DNA from: Eledone cirrhosa
Lineage: Eukaryota
NCBI GenBank assembly: GCA_964016885.1
Contig: OZ024743.1
Coordinates: forward strand, 327,670,001-327,734,000
DNA: 64,000 nucleotides
Reading direction: 5' to 3'
Part shown: one piece after another, positions 38,252 to 51,191 of the stretch
Position numbering within the stretch: position 1 is the stretch's first letter
Layout: each line of letters begins with the position of its first letter
Translations under genes and position numbers: made by a program
Notes under the pieces: model-generated
What the model was told of the DNA's origin: nothing
Databases searched by the model: none
The model's input: the letters and a program-made list of their open reading frames with translations, nothing else

Positions 38252-40399
38252 TATTTATTGGAAAAGAATACGAATTCATGACCAAGGTGTGACAAAATTG
38301 GTGTCTATCAGTGCCTGAAACAAACTTGTCCAAAACCCTGGGATCTTTCTCGTTAAGTATCCACCCAAAAGGAACCGTTTCTTAGTTACAAAAAATAACC
38401 AAATTGAATAGCTATATTTCTGACATATCATGCCAAAAAGAACAATATATTCAAAACATTTTCTAAAGTACATTCAATCTCTCTTTTTGACCGATGTCTT
38501 AATAAGCAAATTATCGATTTTTTATTAGCTGTCAGTGTTTATCTATATGCAGGTGTGTACGTGTGCGCAATCAATTGCACTGCATGAAGATGGTCTATGG
38601 CAACTAATAAAAAAATTAAAGAACAATAGCAATTTGCAAATACGCTCTTAACATTTAGTCGTAAACAGAACAAAAAATGCCATTAGAGGTGGGCTAATCA
38701 TGGAAAAGACACAAACCCTGGTGAACTTACGTTTAAAAACCCGAAAACTTACTCACTTCCTGTGCAAAAGGCTGTGACAATAGTGTCATGAATTAAGTAA
38801 ATTTTTAGAACCTTTTGTTTAAAAAAGGAAAAAATTGGTACGGACGTAACATTTTGTACAACTTTGTATGTGTCCAATACAACTTGGTCAAATTTAGTAA
38901 ATTTAGTAATTTTTTTTCAAAAAGCATGATTATTTAAGACTGTTTGAAAATTTACTCACTGCTTTTAGCTTTTGGCATCACAAAAGACACAATTAAATTT
39001 GGTTTCCTTTCAGATAGGGATAATACTGTATTTGCACTTGAATAAGGGGGAATATGAAAAGTTTAACGCTAAGATGTCGAAAATCCCCTAGTCCCAATGG
39101 GGATTTTTAAATTTAAGGAAGGCGAAAAATGAATTAAATTTAACTGAAATGGCATGCAAGTAGTTTAAGTGGGCAAATTCTGTAAAGGTCCGTTTAGTGA
39201 GACGGCCGGATTTATTGTTGTTCACAAAAAGCGGATACACACAAAGAGAAAAAGGCGGTTCGCACGTGCGTGCATACCTGTTTGTGTATCTATCGTTGAG
39301 AAAACATACTGCTCATGGTATAGATAGGCTGTCCAATCACAGTGTGTGCGTGCTTATATGGGCATATAAAATTGATTTTGATTGCGTCAGGTGTAAACTA
39401 AAAGTGCTTGTGTTCGAATACATACACATTAAATTTCATTGAAATCGAAAGATTTTTGAAAAAAATATGAAAAACATTCTGTCATATATTTTGTTGACTA
39501 CAATTATTTAAGAATTCTACTCAAAGAACCCTAAATATCTGTTTGTAAAGCCTTCCATTTTCCCATAAAGAGAGGCGTAGATTTGCATATTTCCACAATA
39601 TGGCGCCATTGATAATTAAACTATGAATAATTGTCTGCCCTAACTCTTAAATGTCTCATTTAACGCATGATTTATGAGTTTAAAAAAACTTTCTGAATTT
39701 TTGCAGCCTTGGAGTAACTCCTAATGGATCTATTATTGTGGTAATATCAAATTTCATTGAAATCGGACGAATTCTGAAAATATCGATTTTTGCCTCTTAT
39801 ATATTATCATCATCATCACCGTTTTACGTCCGTTCTTCCACGCTAGCATGGGTTAGACGGGTTGTCCTGTTGTGGGCAGTAGCCGGTCAGCTGACCATGT
39901 CTTGCTCATACGGGAACTGATTCTGGCTTGATTTCTACAGCTGGATGCCCTTCCTAACACTAACCTCATTTACAGTGAGTGCTGGGTGCTTTTTTTCCGT
40001 GGCGCCTAGACGTCCACTTTACAGTGTGGGCTGGGTGCTTTTTTTGCTGTGGCACCTCCACGACCACTTTGCAGTGGGATATATATATATTGTTATACTT
40101 GGGGAGGGTCATATTGTTGTAATAATATTGCCAGAAATAATAACAGAACACACTCACTATGGAGATATAAAAGATGCAGAAGCGAAAACCAACCAAACAG
40201 TGAGTGTGTTCTGTTACTATATATATATATTTATATAGCTGAACATTTCAAAAATCTCTACGGAATTAAAATTGAATACTTCGTCATCATCATCATCATC
40301 GATTAACATCTATCTTCCACACTAGCATGGGTAAGATGGGTTGGTCCCATTTAGAGGCAAGTTGGGTCGGGTGACCGTGTCTCGCTCATATAGGAGAGT

Positions 40400-41760
40400 T
40401 TCTCTATACCTTGAGAAAAACGTAGTATACTTCTGTACTATCAACTCAGGTAGCTTGGCATGGTATTACATTGGTTCCACAGTTGGTGTTTTCAAAAAAC
40501 GGTGGTACATGCACAGACATTCTATGATTAATAAGAATCAATCAAATACAACAACTCTTGCCAATAAAATATGGCAACTCAAGAGATCAGCTGGAAAATA
40601 CTGTCAACTGCTAAGGCCTATCAAACTGGTATGTCCCATTGTAGGCTCTGTAATATGGAGCTCTTCCAAATTCTTAATTTTAGTAAAACCCTTCTTAACA
40701 GCAGAATTGGACGAACTGTCTTTTGCCGGCATAAATCAGCATCGAAGTTCCTGAACTTTAGACCAACTTAACTCCATTTTCTACTCCTTATTCCTTTTTA
40801 TACTTTTAGCACCTATTACGATATCAAATTATCACAAGCTTCATAATTACGTAAGAATAACTTAAAAACATTTGTATTAACATCATTATTTTTATTTTTA
40901 TTTGTATTTACATCATTTATTATCTTGGCAGTATCGGTAGAAGGTCGGACGCCATGCTTTGACGCATAGGTTACGGCCCTTATCATTCTGAGTTCAAATC
41001 CCGCCGAGGTTAACTTTGCCTTTCATCCTTACGGGGTCGATAAAATAAAGTACCAGTAATGTACTGGGTATTTGCTGGCCTTGTGCCAAAAGTAGAAACA
41101 ATTATCTTATATATATACACCTTTCACCATTTGTCTTTGTATTTCTCCACTTAAACATACTTTATCTCGATAATTTTATCCTATAATATAATACATCTCA
41201 AACTAGCTATTTTACATAGTAATGTATATTCGTCCGTATGTTTATTTTCTTTTCTCTCTTCTTCATATCCCCATATTCACTATTAATTTCTATCCTCCTC
41301 TGCTCCCTCATCCCTCTTAATCTTCCTCTATTTCTTTCTCATCTTCCTTACTTATCCTTCCTCTTTGCCTATGCTATATTCCCTCCCCCCTTCTCTCTTT
41401 CTATATATATATCTTTATTATTATTAAAATTATATTTGATTTGATGTGATAGTTTGATTTCGCAATTTTTGCCGGTTATACATTTAACTATATCTTCGTT
41501 CCTTCTTTCGTCATTTTCTTTCTTTCTCTCTCATTTCCATCTGTCACCCTTCCTTTATTTATTTATCATTAATACTATTATTGATGTAGTAATTTGAATT
41601 TTTAAGTTTACCGTTACGCATATATTTTATATTTCTTAATAGTCTCTGATGAAATGATTAAACTTGGATGTATTGTAAATTGAGTTATACTGTCTCCAGT
41701 ATTTAGCAATTTATAGACAATTCTATCATGGAAACAATTGTAAGGCTGTAAATAAATTTC
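40400..41760 (+). mobile_element. Naiad/Chlamys-like Penelope element 3' end (GIY-YIG with CxxC...CRH extension), 3' UTR with hammerhead; SINE inserted at 40925-41105
   Basis: NVVY...YYIGST...FKKRW..H...TTLANKIWQLK then SWKIL...CRLC..E...LLN.R.....CRHK across a frameshift. Confidence 0.8.
41641..41747 (+). ncRNA. Type I hammerhead ribozyme with long loop II
   Basis: Stem I agtct/aggct, CTGATGA, stem II atgat/atcat, GAAA, palindromic caattg stem III, GUA triplet; downstream of a Naiad-like GIY-YIG fragment. Confidence 0.7.
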
Positions 41761-41942
41761 CTTGTTTGTACTGTCAACCATATATATATATATATATATT
41801 AAAGAGTTAAACAAGATTCAATGAGTACATCAAAGAATAAGTTTTACAGTAGATTGGAAGCACTCTACAGAAAAATAATTTCCAGAGTTAATAATATTAA
41901 AATACAAATATTAATAAAATAGATGTTCTTTTGACCAATTAA

Positions 41943-41995
41943 ATTTTATTATACATATTTCAGAGGTACAACAGTACGTCCTCATCAGACAAAAT
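41943..41995 (-). ncRNA. Minimal type I hammerhead ribozyme (inverted copy A)
   Basis: attttgt-CTGATGA-ggacgtac(tgtt)gtacctct-GAAA-tatgta-TA-ataaaat on the minus strand. Confidence 0.7.
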
Positions 41996-42306
41996 ATAAT
42001 GATACATGACATACATCTCTCCCTCTCTTTAATCATCTATCAGTTGCCTTCATAAACTGTAATAAAATTATAATTCCAGAGATCTCTTCCTCGATAATCA
42101 TAATTTGTAGTATCCCACATTTTAAAATCTCTATAACTGTTACATTAAAGCAACGTTTTTCTTACTCATACCTTCTCTATTGAATTTATTACGTTTTCGC
42201 ATTTTCTCATTATTAGGGTATAAATGTTGAGTTTTCTCATAAGTTAATCACTACCTTGATTAAATCTTAACCATTTAACATCTGAGGGTATGTCATGTAT
42301 CATTAT

Positions 42307-42359
42307 ATTTTGTCTGATGAGGACATACTGTTGTACCTCTGAAATATGTATAATAAAAT
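42307..42359 (+). ncRNA. Minimal type I hammerhead ribozyme (inverted copy B)
   Basis: attttgt-CTGATGA-ggacatactgttgtacctct-GAAA-tatgta-TA-ataaaat; 7-bp stem I. Confidence 0.7.
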
Positions 42360-42399
42360 TTAATTGATCAAAAGAACATTTATTTTATTAATATTTGTA

Positions 42400-42447
<48 letters not shown>

Positions 42448-42678
42448 ATCGTCTTCCTGTCTTCCTCCGGTTGCAACGTTTTTTGAAATATCCAGTTCTG
42501 CGTTTACAGATTGACTTTGTTAGTTTCAGAAGATCCCGTTAAGGGTGAAAGCAGCGATTCTTTGCTTAAACTTTAATCTGTTATTTTAATAAATATTTGC
42601 TCTACGGTTCTTATATATTTGATATATATTTTCCTTATCGAGCCCTCTTTGGATTTTAGTCTTCAATTTTATTATTAT

Positions 42679-42725
<47 letters not shown>

Positions 42726-42804
42726 GTTAGACATGGCCTGGAACAATGGAACAATACTGGCTGAAACCTATCAAAGTTATATATATATGTATTATATATT
42801 ATTA

Positions 42805-44008
42805 CTAGCCGCAGGACCCAGCGTTGCATGGGGTAGGAAACGTGAAATAGCAACATGCATATGCAAAGATTGAGGAATGAAGCTGTGTACTTTTTGAATT
42901 CCCTTATTTTCAGGGAATGATTGTTCATCTACTGGAAACGTAGAACACCAGCAGGCCCGAATCGTGAATCATCTGCATGCATGTGCAAAATCTGAAGAAA
43001 ATCAGTTGGATACTTTAAGCGTACTAAATCTTAGAGTATGATTTTTCTTCCATTTGGTGAAAATCCGTTAGGTACTTTTCGAGTTTTATAGATTTGCACC
43101 CAGTCATCCAGACAGACATCATCAGTTATGTCTATTGAACCTGCAAGCATACTGTACAGAGTAAAGCCTGCAATGCTTTACACTGTACAGTATGTCATGC
43201 AACCACACAGCATGTTGAACGTTCCCTACAGGAGACCATAGCCTCTTCGTAATACCAGTAGTAGCAGTGTCAGTGGGCTGATTGCGGAAATCCTGTATGT
43301 GAAAAGAGTAAGTAAGTGTTGTGGGGTGATGTATGTCGTAAGTCTGATCATGAATTATATCACAGATGGGGAACACACGTCAGTCTGAAGGAGCGACGTA
43401 GTCAATTGTGTGAAAACCAAGTAGGGATGTACATTTAAGTAGGGATATTGAGATGACGAAATCAGTGTGGCAACGCAGCTGCAGCAGAAGGGGGTCATAG
43501 TACAATTAGCAGAAACGCTGGGCGGCACTGGTTGCACTGCATTTACACAGCAACAAAGGTGTGACAAAAGGGGTCGCCGCGGAATTAGCCCAACTGTTGT
43601 TCAGCGTACTTGTGCAGGGCGTTCATACTGCGGTGTAGGTGCAACAAAAGGGGTCTTAGTAGAAGTAGCACAGACGTGAGTTTTATGGTGTCAATAACAC
43701 AGCAACGTACACAGGGCCCGGATTTGCGCGTAATGAAAGCACGAAGTGTCAACAGGGCGCCGACAAAAATTTTAAGGTCCTCCTCATTTCCACAATCCCC
43801 CGAAAATGGTTCTGCTTAAAAGTAAGTAAGTGTTGAGTCCTCTGTTAAATAAACCAAATTTTTAACGAATTATACGCTACTTACGGTGTTTAAGTAGCGT
43901 TTATATTGAAAATGAAAATGGCATGTAATGCCCAAAAGTTTGAAAACAATCGGTCGGGTACTTCTTGAGTTCTAGGGATTTACACAGACAGACAGACATC
44001 CTCTGTTT

Positions 44009-44010
<2 letters not shown>
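42805..44010 (-). mobile_element. Non-autonomous Helitron (composite)
   Basis: Minus-strand 3' end ccca-tgcaacgc-tggg hairpin then CTAG|T; other end has (CAGA)n and tttatatat. Confidence 0.65.
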
Positions 44011-44046
<36 letters not shown>

Positions 44047-44058
44047 AATATATATATA

Positions 44059-46880
44059 TGAGTCGTTAATGCTCACTACCTCCCAAATAACCGACAGTGA
44101 CTACATAATTATTGCTGGTGACCTAAATGGTCATGTTGGACAACATTGTGACGGCTATGACGGAATCCATGGAGGCTATGGGTTTGGTACTAGAAATGAG
44201 GAAGGCTCCAGAATCCTGGAATTCTGTGACGCAAATAACCTAACTATCTGTAACACAAACTTCAAAAAACGAAACAATCACTTGATCACCTATAGATCAG
44301 GGGAACACGCCAGTCAGATAGATTATATCCTTACCAGAAGACGTGACAGTGTCTGTTGTAAACAATAAATCCCTTCCCCATGAAGAATGCACCTCCCGAC
44401 ATAGCCTTATAGTTAGCGACCTCATAGTCAGGACAAGACGTTCTCGACAACAGAGGAGGACTATCCTGAGAAGAAGAATATGGAAGTTAAAGAACCCCAC
44501 AGCCAGTAATAAATTTAAAAGCATATTACTTGATGCCTTTGACAGTAAGGAAGAGCAATTAGAGTTGTACAATATAGAGGAACAGTGGGAATTCCTGAAA
44601 GCTAACCTGCTGAAGGCGACAGATGAAATCTGTGGCTGAAGCAGACCTATTGGCAGGAAGAGAGTAACTTGGTGGTGGAACAGTAAGGTGGAGGAGTCAA
44701 TCAAGGCCAAAAAGCAGGCTTGGAAAGTATGGCAGGATGGGGGAAGTAGAGAAGACTATCAAGTGGCCAGGGGGTAAGCTAGGAGACAAGTGTACTTTGC
44801 AAGAAGGGAAGCAGAGGAAAGAAAGTTCAAGCATGTTCTACAACGTGAGGTGTTCAGGATTGCTAGGCAATATGTCAAGGAAAACGGTGATATTGTCGGG
44901 GAGAAGTGTGTCCGTAATGATAACGGTGTACTTGCCCTCAGTGATGCTGATAAGAAGATAGCCTGGAAGTGTCACTACGAGACACTATTAAATGAGGAGA
45001 ATAAATGGGACAAAGACAGTCTGCCCCACATCGATCCAATAGAGGGACCAGCAGTGCAAGTTGAAGGTAGTATAATAAGTAAGGCAATCAAAGATATGAA
45101 GATTCGGAGATAGTTGCTGAAATGCTGAAAGCATCTGAAACGGTGGGACACACTATGGTCACCCGGATAGTAAACCAAGGCATACAGAATGGGGTCATAC
45201 CAAATGACTGGCGTAGCAGCATCATCATTAACTGCTACAAGGGTAAAGGAGATGCCCTAGATAGGGGAAACTATAGAGGCATTAAATTAATTGACCAGGT
45301 CATGAAGGTCAGAGTTATAGTGCAGCTAATCAGAGCGAATTGATCTAGATGAAATACAGTTTGGGTTTGTGTCAGGTAAAAGTACCACAGACGCTCTTTT
45401 CCTTGTACGACAACTACAGAAATACCTAGCTAAAAGTAAACCCCTATACTTAGCTTTTGTTGACTTGGAGAAAGCCTTTGACAGAGTCCCCCACTCCATT
45501 ATCTGGTGGGCTCTCAGAAAACTAGGTGTTGATGAATGGCTTGTGAGAGCTGTACAAGCCACGTATAAAGAAACAGTCAGCAAGGTTAGAATTAACAACG
45601 AATATAGTGAAGAATTTAGTGTAAAAGTTGGTGATCATCAAGGCTCTGTCCTTAGCCCCCTCCTATTTATCATTGCCCTTCAGGCTATAACAGAGGAGTT
45701 CAAGACCGGCTGCCCATGGGAACTTCTATACGCAGATGATCTAACACTCATAGCTGAATCAATGGCTGAACTAGAGAAGAAATTCCAAACATGGAAGCAT
45801 GGCCTAGAATCAAAAGGCCTTAAAATTAACTTGTCTAAGACTAAAGTTCTAGTATGTAGGAAGGAAAATAGGGCACTGGTCCCCTCTGGGAAATGTCCAT
45901 GCTCAGTGTGTAGGAAAGGAGTAGGCAGAAACTCCATTTTATGTCTCAAATGCAAAGTATGGGTGCATAAAAGATGTAGTAGGATCACAGGTAAGCTAAC
46001 TAAGAACATAGATTTTATGTGGCCGGTGCTCATAGATTTTATATGTGGCCAGTGCTGCAATAAGTAGTAGCAAGTGCCCACAAGATACTAGCTCCTTCCA
46101 TTGCCCAGATGGTTCTATAGAAATAGTGGACAGCTTCCGTAACCTGGGTGACAAAATCAGCAGTGGTGGAGGGTGCTCTGAAAGTACAGTAGCTAGAGTC
46201 AGAATGGGATGGAAAAAGTTCAGAGAGTTTATACCGCTGTTGGCCACAAAAGTTTTCTCTCTAAAAATGAAAGGCAGGCTGTATGATGCCTGCATACGAA
46301 CAGCAATGTTACATGGCAGTGAGACATGGGCATTGTGTGCAGAGGATATACGCAGACTGGAGAGGAACGAAGCTTGCATGCTCCGTTGGATGTGTAATAG
46401 TAATATACATGAACGGCAAAGCATAAATGAACTAAGTGAGAAATTAGGGATAAGAGGGATCAGATGCTGTTTACTCAAGAGAAGACTACATTGGTATAGT
46501 CACGTGATGCGCATGAAAGACGACAGCTGTATAAAAAAGTGCAGGGCGATTAAAATAGATGGAAACTACGAGTAGGCAACCCAGAAAAACCTGGGACGAT
46601 TTGATAAATTCCGACCTTACACGCTTACACCTCTCCAAGACAATGTCACTGGACCGAGATCTTTGGCGCTACGCAGTAATACAGAAGACCCGCCTTGCCT
46701 AAGTACAAAGCGAAACCTACAGTCAGTAGGCACCTCTTAATCAAAAATACACCCCCATCCCGCTATCCCTACCCCCACCCCCATCTACACCACCCCTTTC
46801 TCTGTAAAGTTATGTTGGTACCACAATTCCTGTCTAAACCCATGCTAGCGTAGAAGATACATGTTAAGCAATGATGATAT
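44059..46880 (+). mobile_element. RTE-clade LINE copy 3 (nearly identical to 24297-27283)
   Basis: AGDLNGHVG and SQIDY (APE); RT motifs as in copy 1; same 3' UTR. Confidence 0.95.
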
Positions 46881-49149
46881 ATATATATATAACTGAAGCT
46901 AACTTTATAGGCACTTTATTTCACATTGCTCCAGTTTACTCAGCTGTATAAATGAGATGATAGGACTGGGGTCCATATCATTCCACTGCAAAGTGGTCAT
47001 GGAGGTGCCACGGCAAAAAAGCACCCAGCCCACACTGTAAAGTGGACGTGTAGGCGCCACGGCAAAAAAGCACCCAGCCCACACTGTAAAGTGGACGTGT
47101 AGGCGCCACAAAAAAAAAGCACCCAGCACTCACTGTAAATGAGGTTGTTGTTATGAAGGGCATCCAGCTGTAGAAATCAAGCCAGAATTGGTTCCCGTCC
47201 CACTCTTGCAAGCAGGGAAAAGCAGACGTAAAATGATAATGATGATGGTGATGATATATATATAAAATTAGCTTTAGTTCTTTTTACTACTCAAGACACA
47301 TTAATGGTTGGATAAAACAAAACCAAAAAAAATTACTCTCAACCAATCAGATAAATCAATAAATATGTTCAGAATTAGACACATTATTGTTATTGTTCAT
47401 TGTCCATTTGTTTTTCTTTTCCTATTCTTCTTGGTGATGGTGATTTCTATTAAAAATAATGATTTCTTTTTAATAAAAAGAATAGTCCTAATAATAACTA
47501 TACAATGTTTTAATGTTCTATCAAAGGAGAAGTAACCAAGCAATCCAGCTATACTTACACCATTATTGGACTCAGAACATTGAAATATTAAGAAAAAGAA
47601 ACAATAAAAGACTGAAGTGGCGTTATCAATTAAGCCTCAAGTAAAACTTAGTGTCTTTTTGTGTTTGTGTTGTTCACTTGTTCTTTGTAAAATAAAAAAA
47701 AATAAGAACAAGGAAGAAAAAGTACTTGATGTGCAAAATGATGGTTTACCAATGCGGGTGGGCGAATCATCAGAACCAGGTGACACTAACCTGCTAACCT
47801 GGAACCTGTAGCATTTGTTTAACCTTTTTGATACCAAACCAAACTACCTTTAACACTTTAGCATTTAAACCGGCTGTAACTGGTTGCACATACTGATGTT
47901 AAGCTATTGTTCTCAAAATAAATAATATCAAAATCTCATAGATTCGATATTATATGAGGTAAAGCCTTTATTGTGAAAATACAATAGTATATATATAGAA
48001 ATGTAAATGCTAAAGCGTTAACCATCCTGGGTTCTATGAAACAAAATCCTTTTGTTTTAAGCTGTTTATATTTATCTAAATGTTTATCTTCATCTTCCAT
48101 CATAATTCTTTGTAAGAATTTTTGCTAACTTATATTCCAGACAACAGCTCAGTCATTTTGATATTAAATTGCATGAAATCACTCCTGGTTCTAAAATACA
48201 AAACAGTTTATTTTAAAATGTTTATATATTTATCTAAAAACAACCTTCCATCATAATTTTATTAAGTTATATTCTAAACACTAGCTTAACATGGCTGAAA
48301 CCACTCTTTGGTTCTATGATACAAAACTCTTTTGTTTTAAAATGTTTCTATTCATCTAAAAAAAAATTCCATTATAATTTTATGTTAGAACATTTGTTAA
48401 ATTATGCTTCATACACCAGCTTAATGAGAAAGTTAGTTATATTACTAAATCTCTCAAAACTCTTAATTATTTTTATAATTAATTGAAATTTTTTTTGCAG
48501 TGCAGTTCATTAGAAATATGGTAATTAAAGGTATACAAATAGAGCATTTATTAATTAAATTACATTATAAAAGCACTTCCTATTAAGGATGCAACCTCCA
48601 AAACATATCCTCTAAGCTAAGAGTCAGGAACGTTTTCAACCCAAAGAGCTATATTAAACTGGAAAAAAATTGAAACTACCAAAGCCTCATAATATATTAT
48701 AAATGGAAACACATACAAGGAAACGAATTTTTCCTCACTCACTGGGATTTTTGGTTTTGAATCTCATTTGAATTGGTTCAATGTCCAGGTTATAAAATAA
48801 TAAAGGGTATGGGGTATCTATTCTGAAATAGATATACCGTATCCCTGTGCAAAGCAAATCAATGCACTAAGGCTCCTACATATACAATTGAAGCATAGAT
48901 AGATTAGCATTGAGCCCCTAGACCTGGTGGATCCCATTGCAGCCCCTATATACACAATCGTGACATACATATCCAGTCGATCTTCAGACAAAGCAAGGCA
49001 CTGGGATTCCTACATGCACAATCACAGTGTACATAGCTTAGCTTCGGGTCCCTAGACCAGAAGACCCCAAGCAAATGCCCAGTCTTCTGCCTATGCCTTA
49101 TGATGGCACGATGTCTAGATTGCACAATGACTCAACAAGCACACTAGTG

Positions 49150-49600
49150 TTGAAAAGTGGTAGTGCTGGTGCCACAGTAAAATGCACTCAGCCTACACTG
49201 TAAAATTATGGTACTGGTGCCATGATAAAATGCACTCAGTCCACACTGCAAAGTGATAATGCTGATGTCACAATAAAATGCATTCAGTCCACACTGTAAA
49301 ATTATGGTACTCATGCCATGATAAAATGCATTCAGTCCACGCTGTAAATTAATAGTGCTGGTGCCATGATAAAATGCACTCAGCCTACACTGTAAAGTGA
49401 TAATGCTGGTGCCACGATAAAATGCATTCAGTCCACACTGTAAAGTAATAGTGCTGGTGCCATGATAAAATGCACTCAGCCTACACTGTAAAGTGATAAT
49501 GCTGGTGCCACGATAAAATGCATTCAGTCCACACTGTAAAGTGGTAATGCTGATGTCACGATAAAATGCACATAGCCTACTCAGTAAAGAGGTAGTGCTG
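49150..49600 (+). repeat. 48-bp minisatellite, about 9 units, derived from the SINE/RTE internal unit
   Basis: taaaatgca recurs at 49226, 49274, 49322 and onward with period 48; shorter arrays at 2510-2750, 3500-3680, 21480-21670. Confidence 0.9.
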
Positions 49601-49832
49601 CATCTTGTGGTAGAAAAAATGTCAGAATGGAATGTATAAGCAAGACATAGCTTCCTAGCCTCAGAGCATGAAAACTTATCTAACCCATGGAAGCATGAAA
49701 AATGGAAGTTGAATGGTGATTATGATGATGATGATGATTAGCTATTGTTTGCAGCTGTATATATCATTAGCAATATCATCAGTTATCTTTCACAATAAGA
49801 TCTGTAGAGTTTTGTGTACTTTGTGAACTCAC

Positions 49833-50086
49833 ATTTAAGATGGCGTCTTCTACAATAACTCAATTCTATAGAAACATGAGAAAACTGTGAAATGAGGTTT
49901 CTAATACAGTTTGGTTTCTTATTCAAGTATATATTGATACCTTTCTAATACACGTTTCAATAGAAGAGATACATAGAAATGTGTACATAAATGCATATGC
50001 ATGCATTCATGTGTTCTTTTGCATTGTGTATCTATACATCTATACATATAAATATGAGTGGTTTGTGCACATATATGCATGTGTAT

Positions 50087-50160
<74 letters not shown>

Positions 50161-50299
50161 ATAGTTAGAGAAATTTGTATGTCCAGTCTTAGCAACCATT
50201 GATTAATAAATAATGGCAGCTGAAAGTGAAGTTGGGTAAATGATAATGATGAATATATTATCTACACACACACATATACACATGTATATATATAAATAA

Positions 50300-50364
<65 letters not shown>

Positions 50365-50577
50365 AATGTTTGTATGTATGTATGTATATATACATATGTA
50401 CACACACATATATATATATACATACATACATACATCTATATAGATATATAGATGTATGTATGTATGTATATATATATAAAACCAAAGTGTAAACGAGGCC
50501 ACAGGCCAATAAAAACCAATAGAGTCATCCTTCTTTGCTATATCATTGTTGTCTTTACTTTGTTTTACTATTTTTCC
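49833..50577 (-). CDS. Candidate micro-exons 50517-50577 and 49833-49865 (GKIVKQSKDNNDIAKKDDSI-E-LSYCRRRHLK)
   Basis: Strong polypyrimidine tract before 50577; tag acceptor and gtgagt donor around the 33-nt segment; phases compatible; first donor (gttttt) is weak. Confidence 0.25.
50088..50158. repeat. (GT)n microsatellite; many (TA)n tracts throughout the window
   Basis: Read directly from the sequence. Confidence 0.95.
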
Positions 50578-51191
50578 CTTTGAAAGAAAGGAAGAAGAAA
50601 ATGGCAACATGGATATTACAGGGACATTAATATATAGGGTATTTCCTGAAGCTTTAAATGTTTATAGGTAACAAAAACATATATATGCAAAAATATTTTT
50701 ACATCTGGCAAACATAAGTCGGTATTCATTCCTATTATAAAGGAAAAAAAATCTAACATACATTGGATTCCTTATTGTTTGAAGATTTTAGACAAAAGTT
50801 TTTAACTTTTGTTTCGTCTCACTTTAACAAGTTGTTTGCAGCCTTTCCTGGAGATTGGAGAATGTTGTGTGAAGAAACGTTAGCTTAATAGAAAGGATAC
50901 TGAGTTGGGAACACTGTAAGTTATTATTATTGTTATTATCATTATTTTATATATATTTAAGAGAGGTGGGTTAGCAATATCAGTAGAGCGCTGGACACCA
51001 TAGTTGCATCACTTTACGTTTTGAGTTCAAATCCTGCCGACGTTAGCTTTGCCTTTTATCCTTTTGGGGTTGATAAAATAAAGTACCAGTAATGCGCTCG
51101 TGTTGAGTTAATCGACTTTCCCCGCCCCTACAAATTTCTGGTCTTGTGCCTGAATCAGAAACCATTATTATTATTATTATTATTGTTATTG

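Noticed and set aside
49150-49600. CRISPR-like array
   Set aside because: Contiguous 48-bp tandem units with no unique spacers, eukaryotic context, no cas genes.
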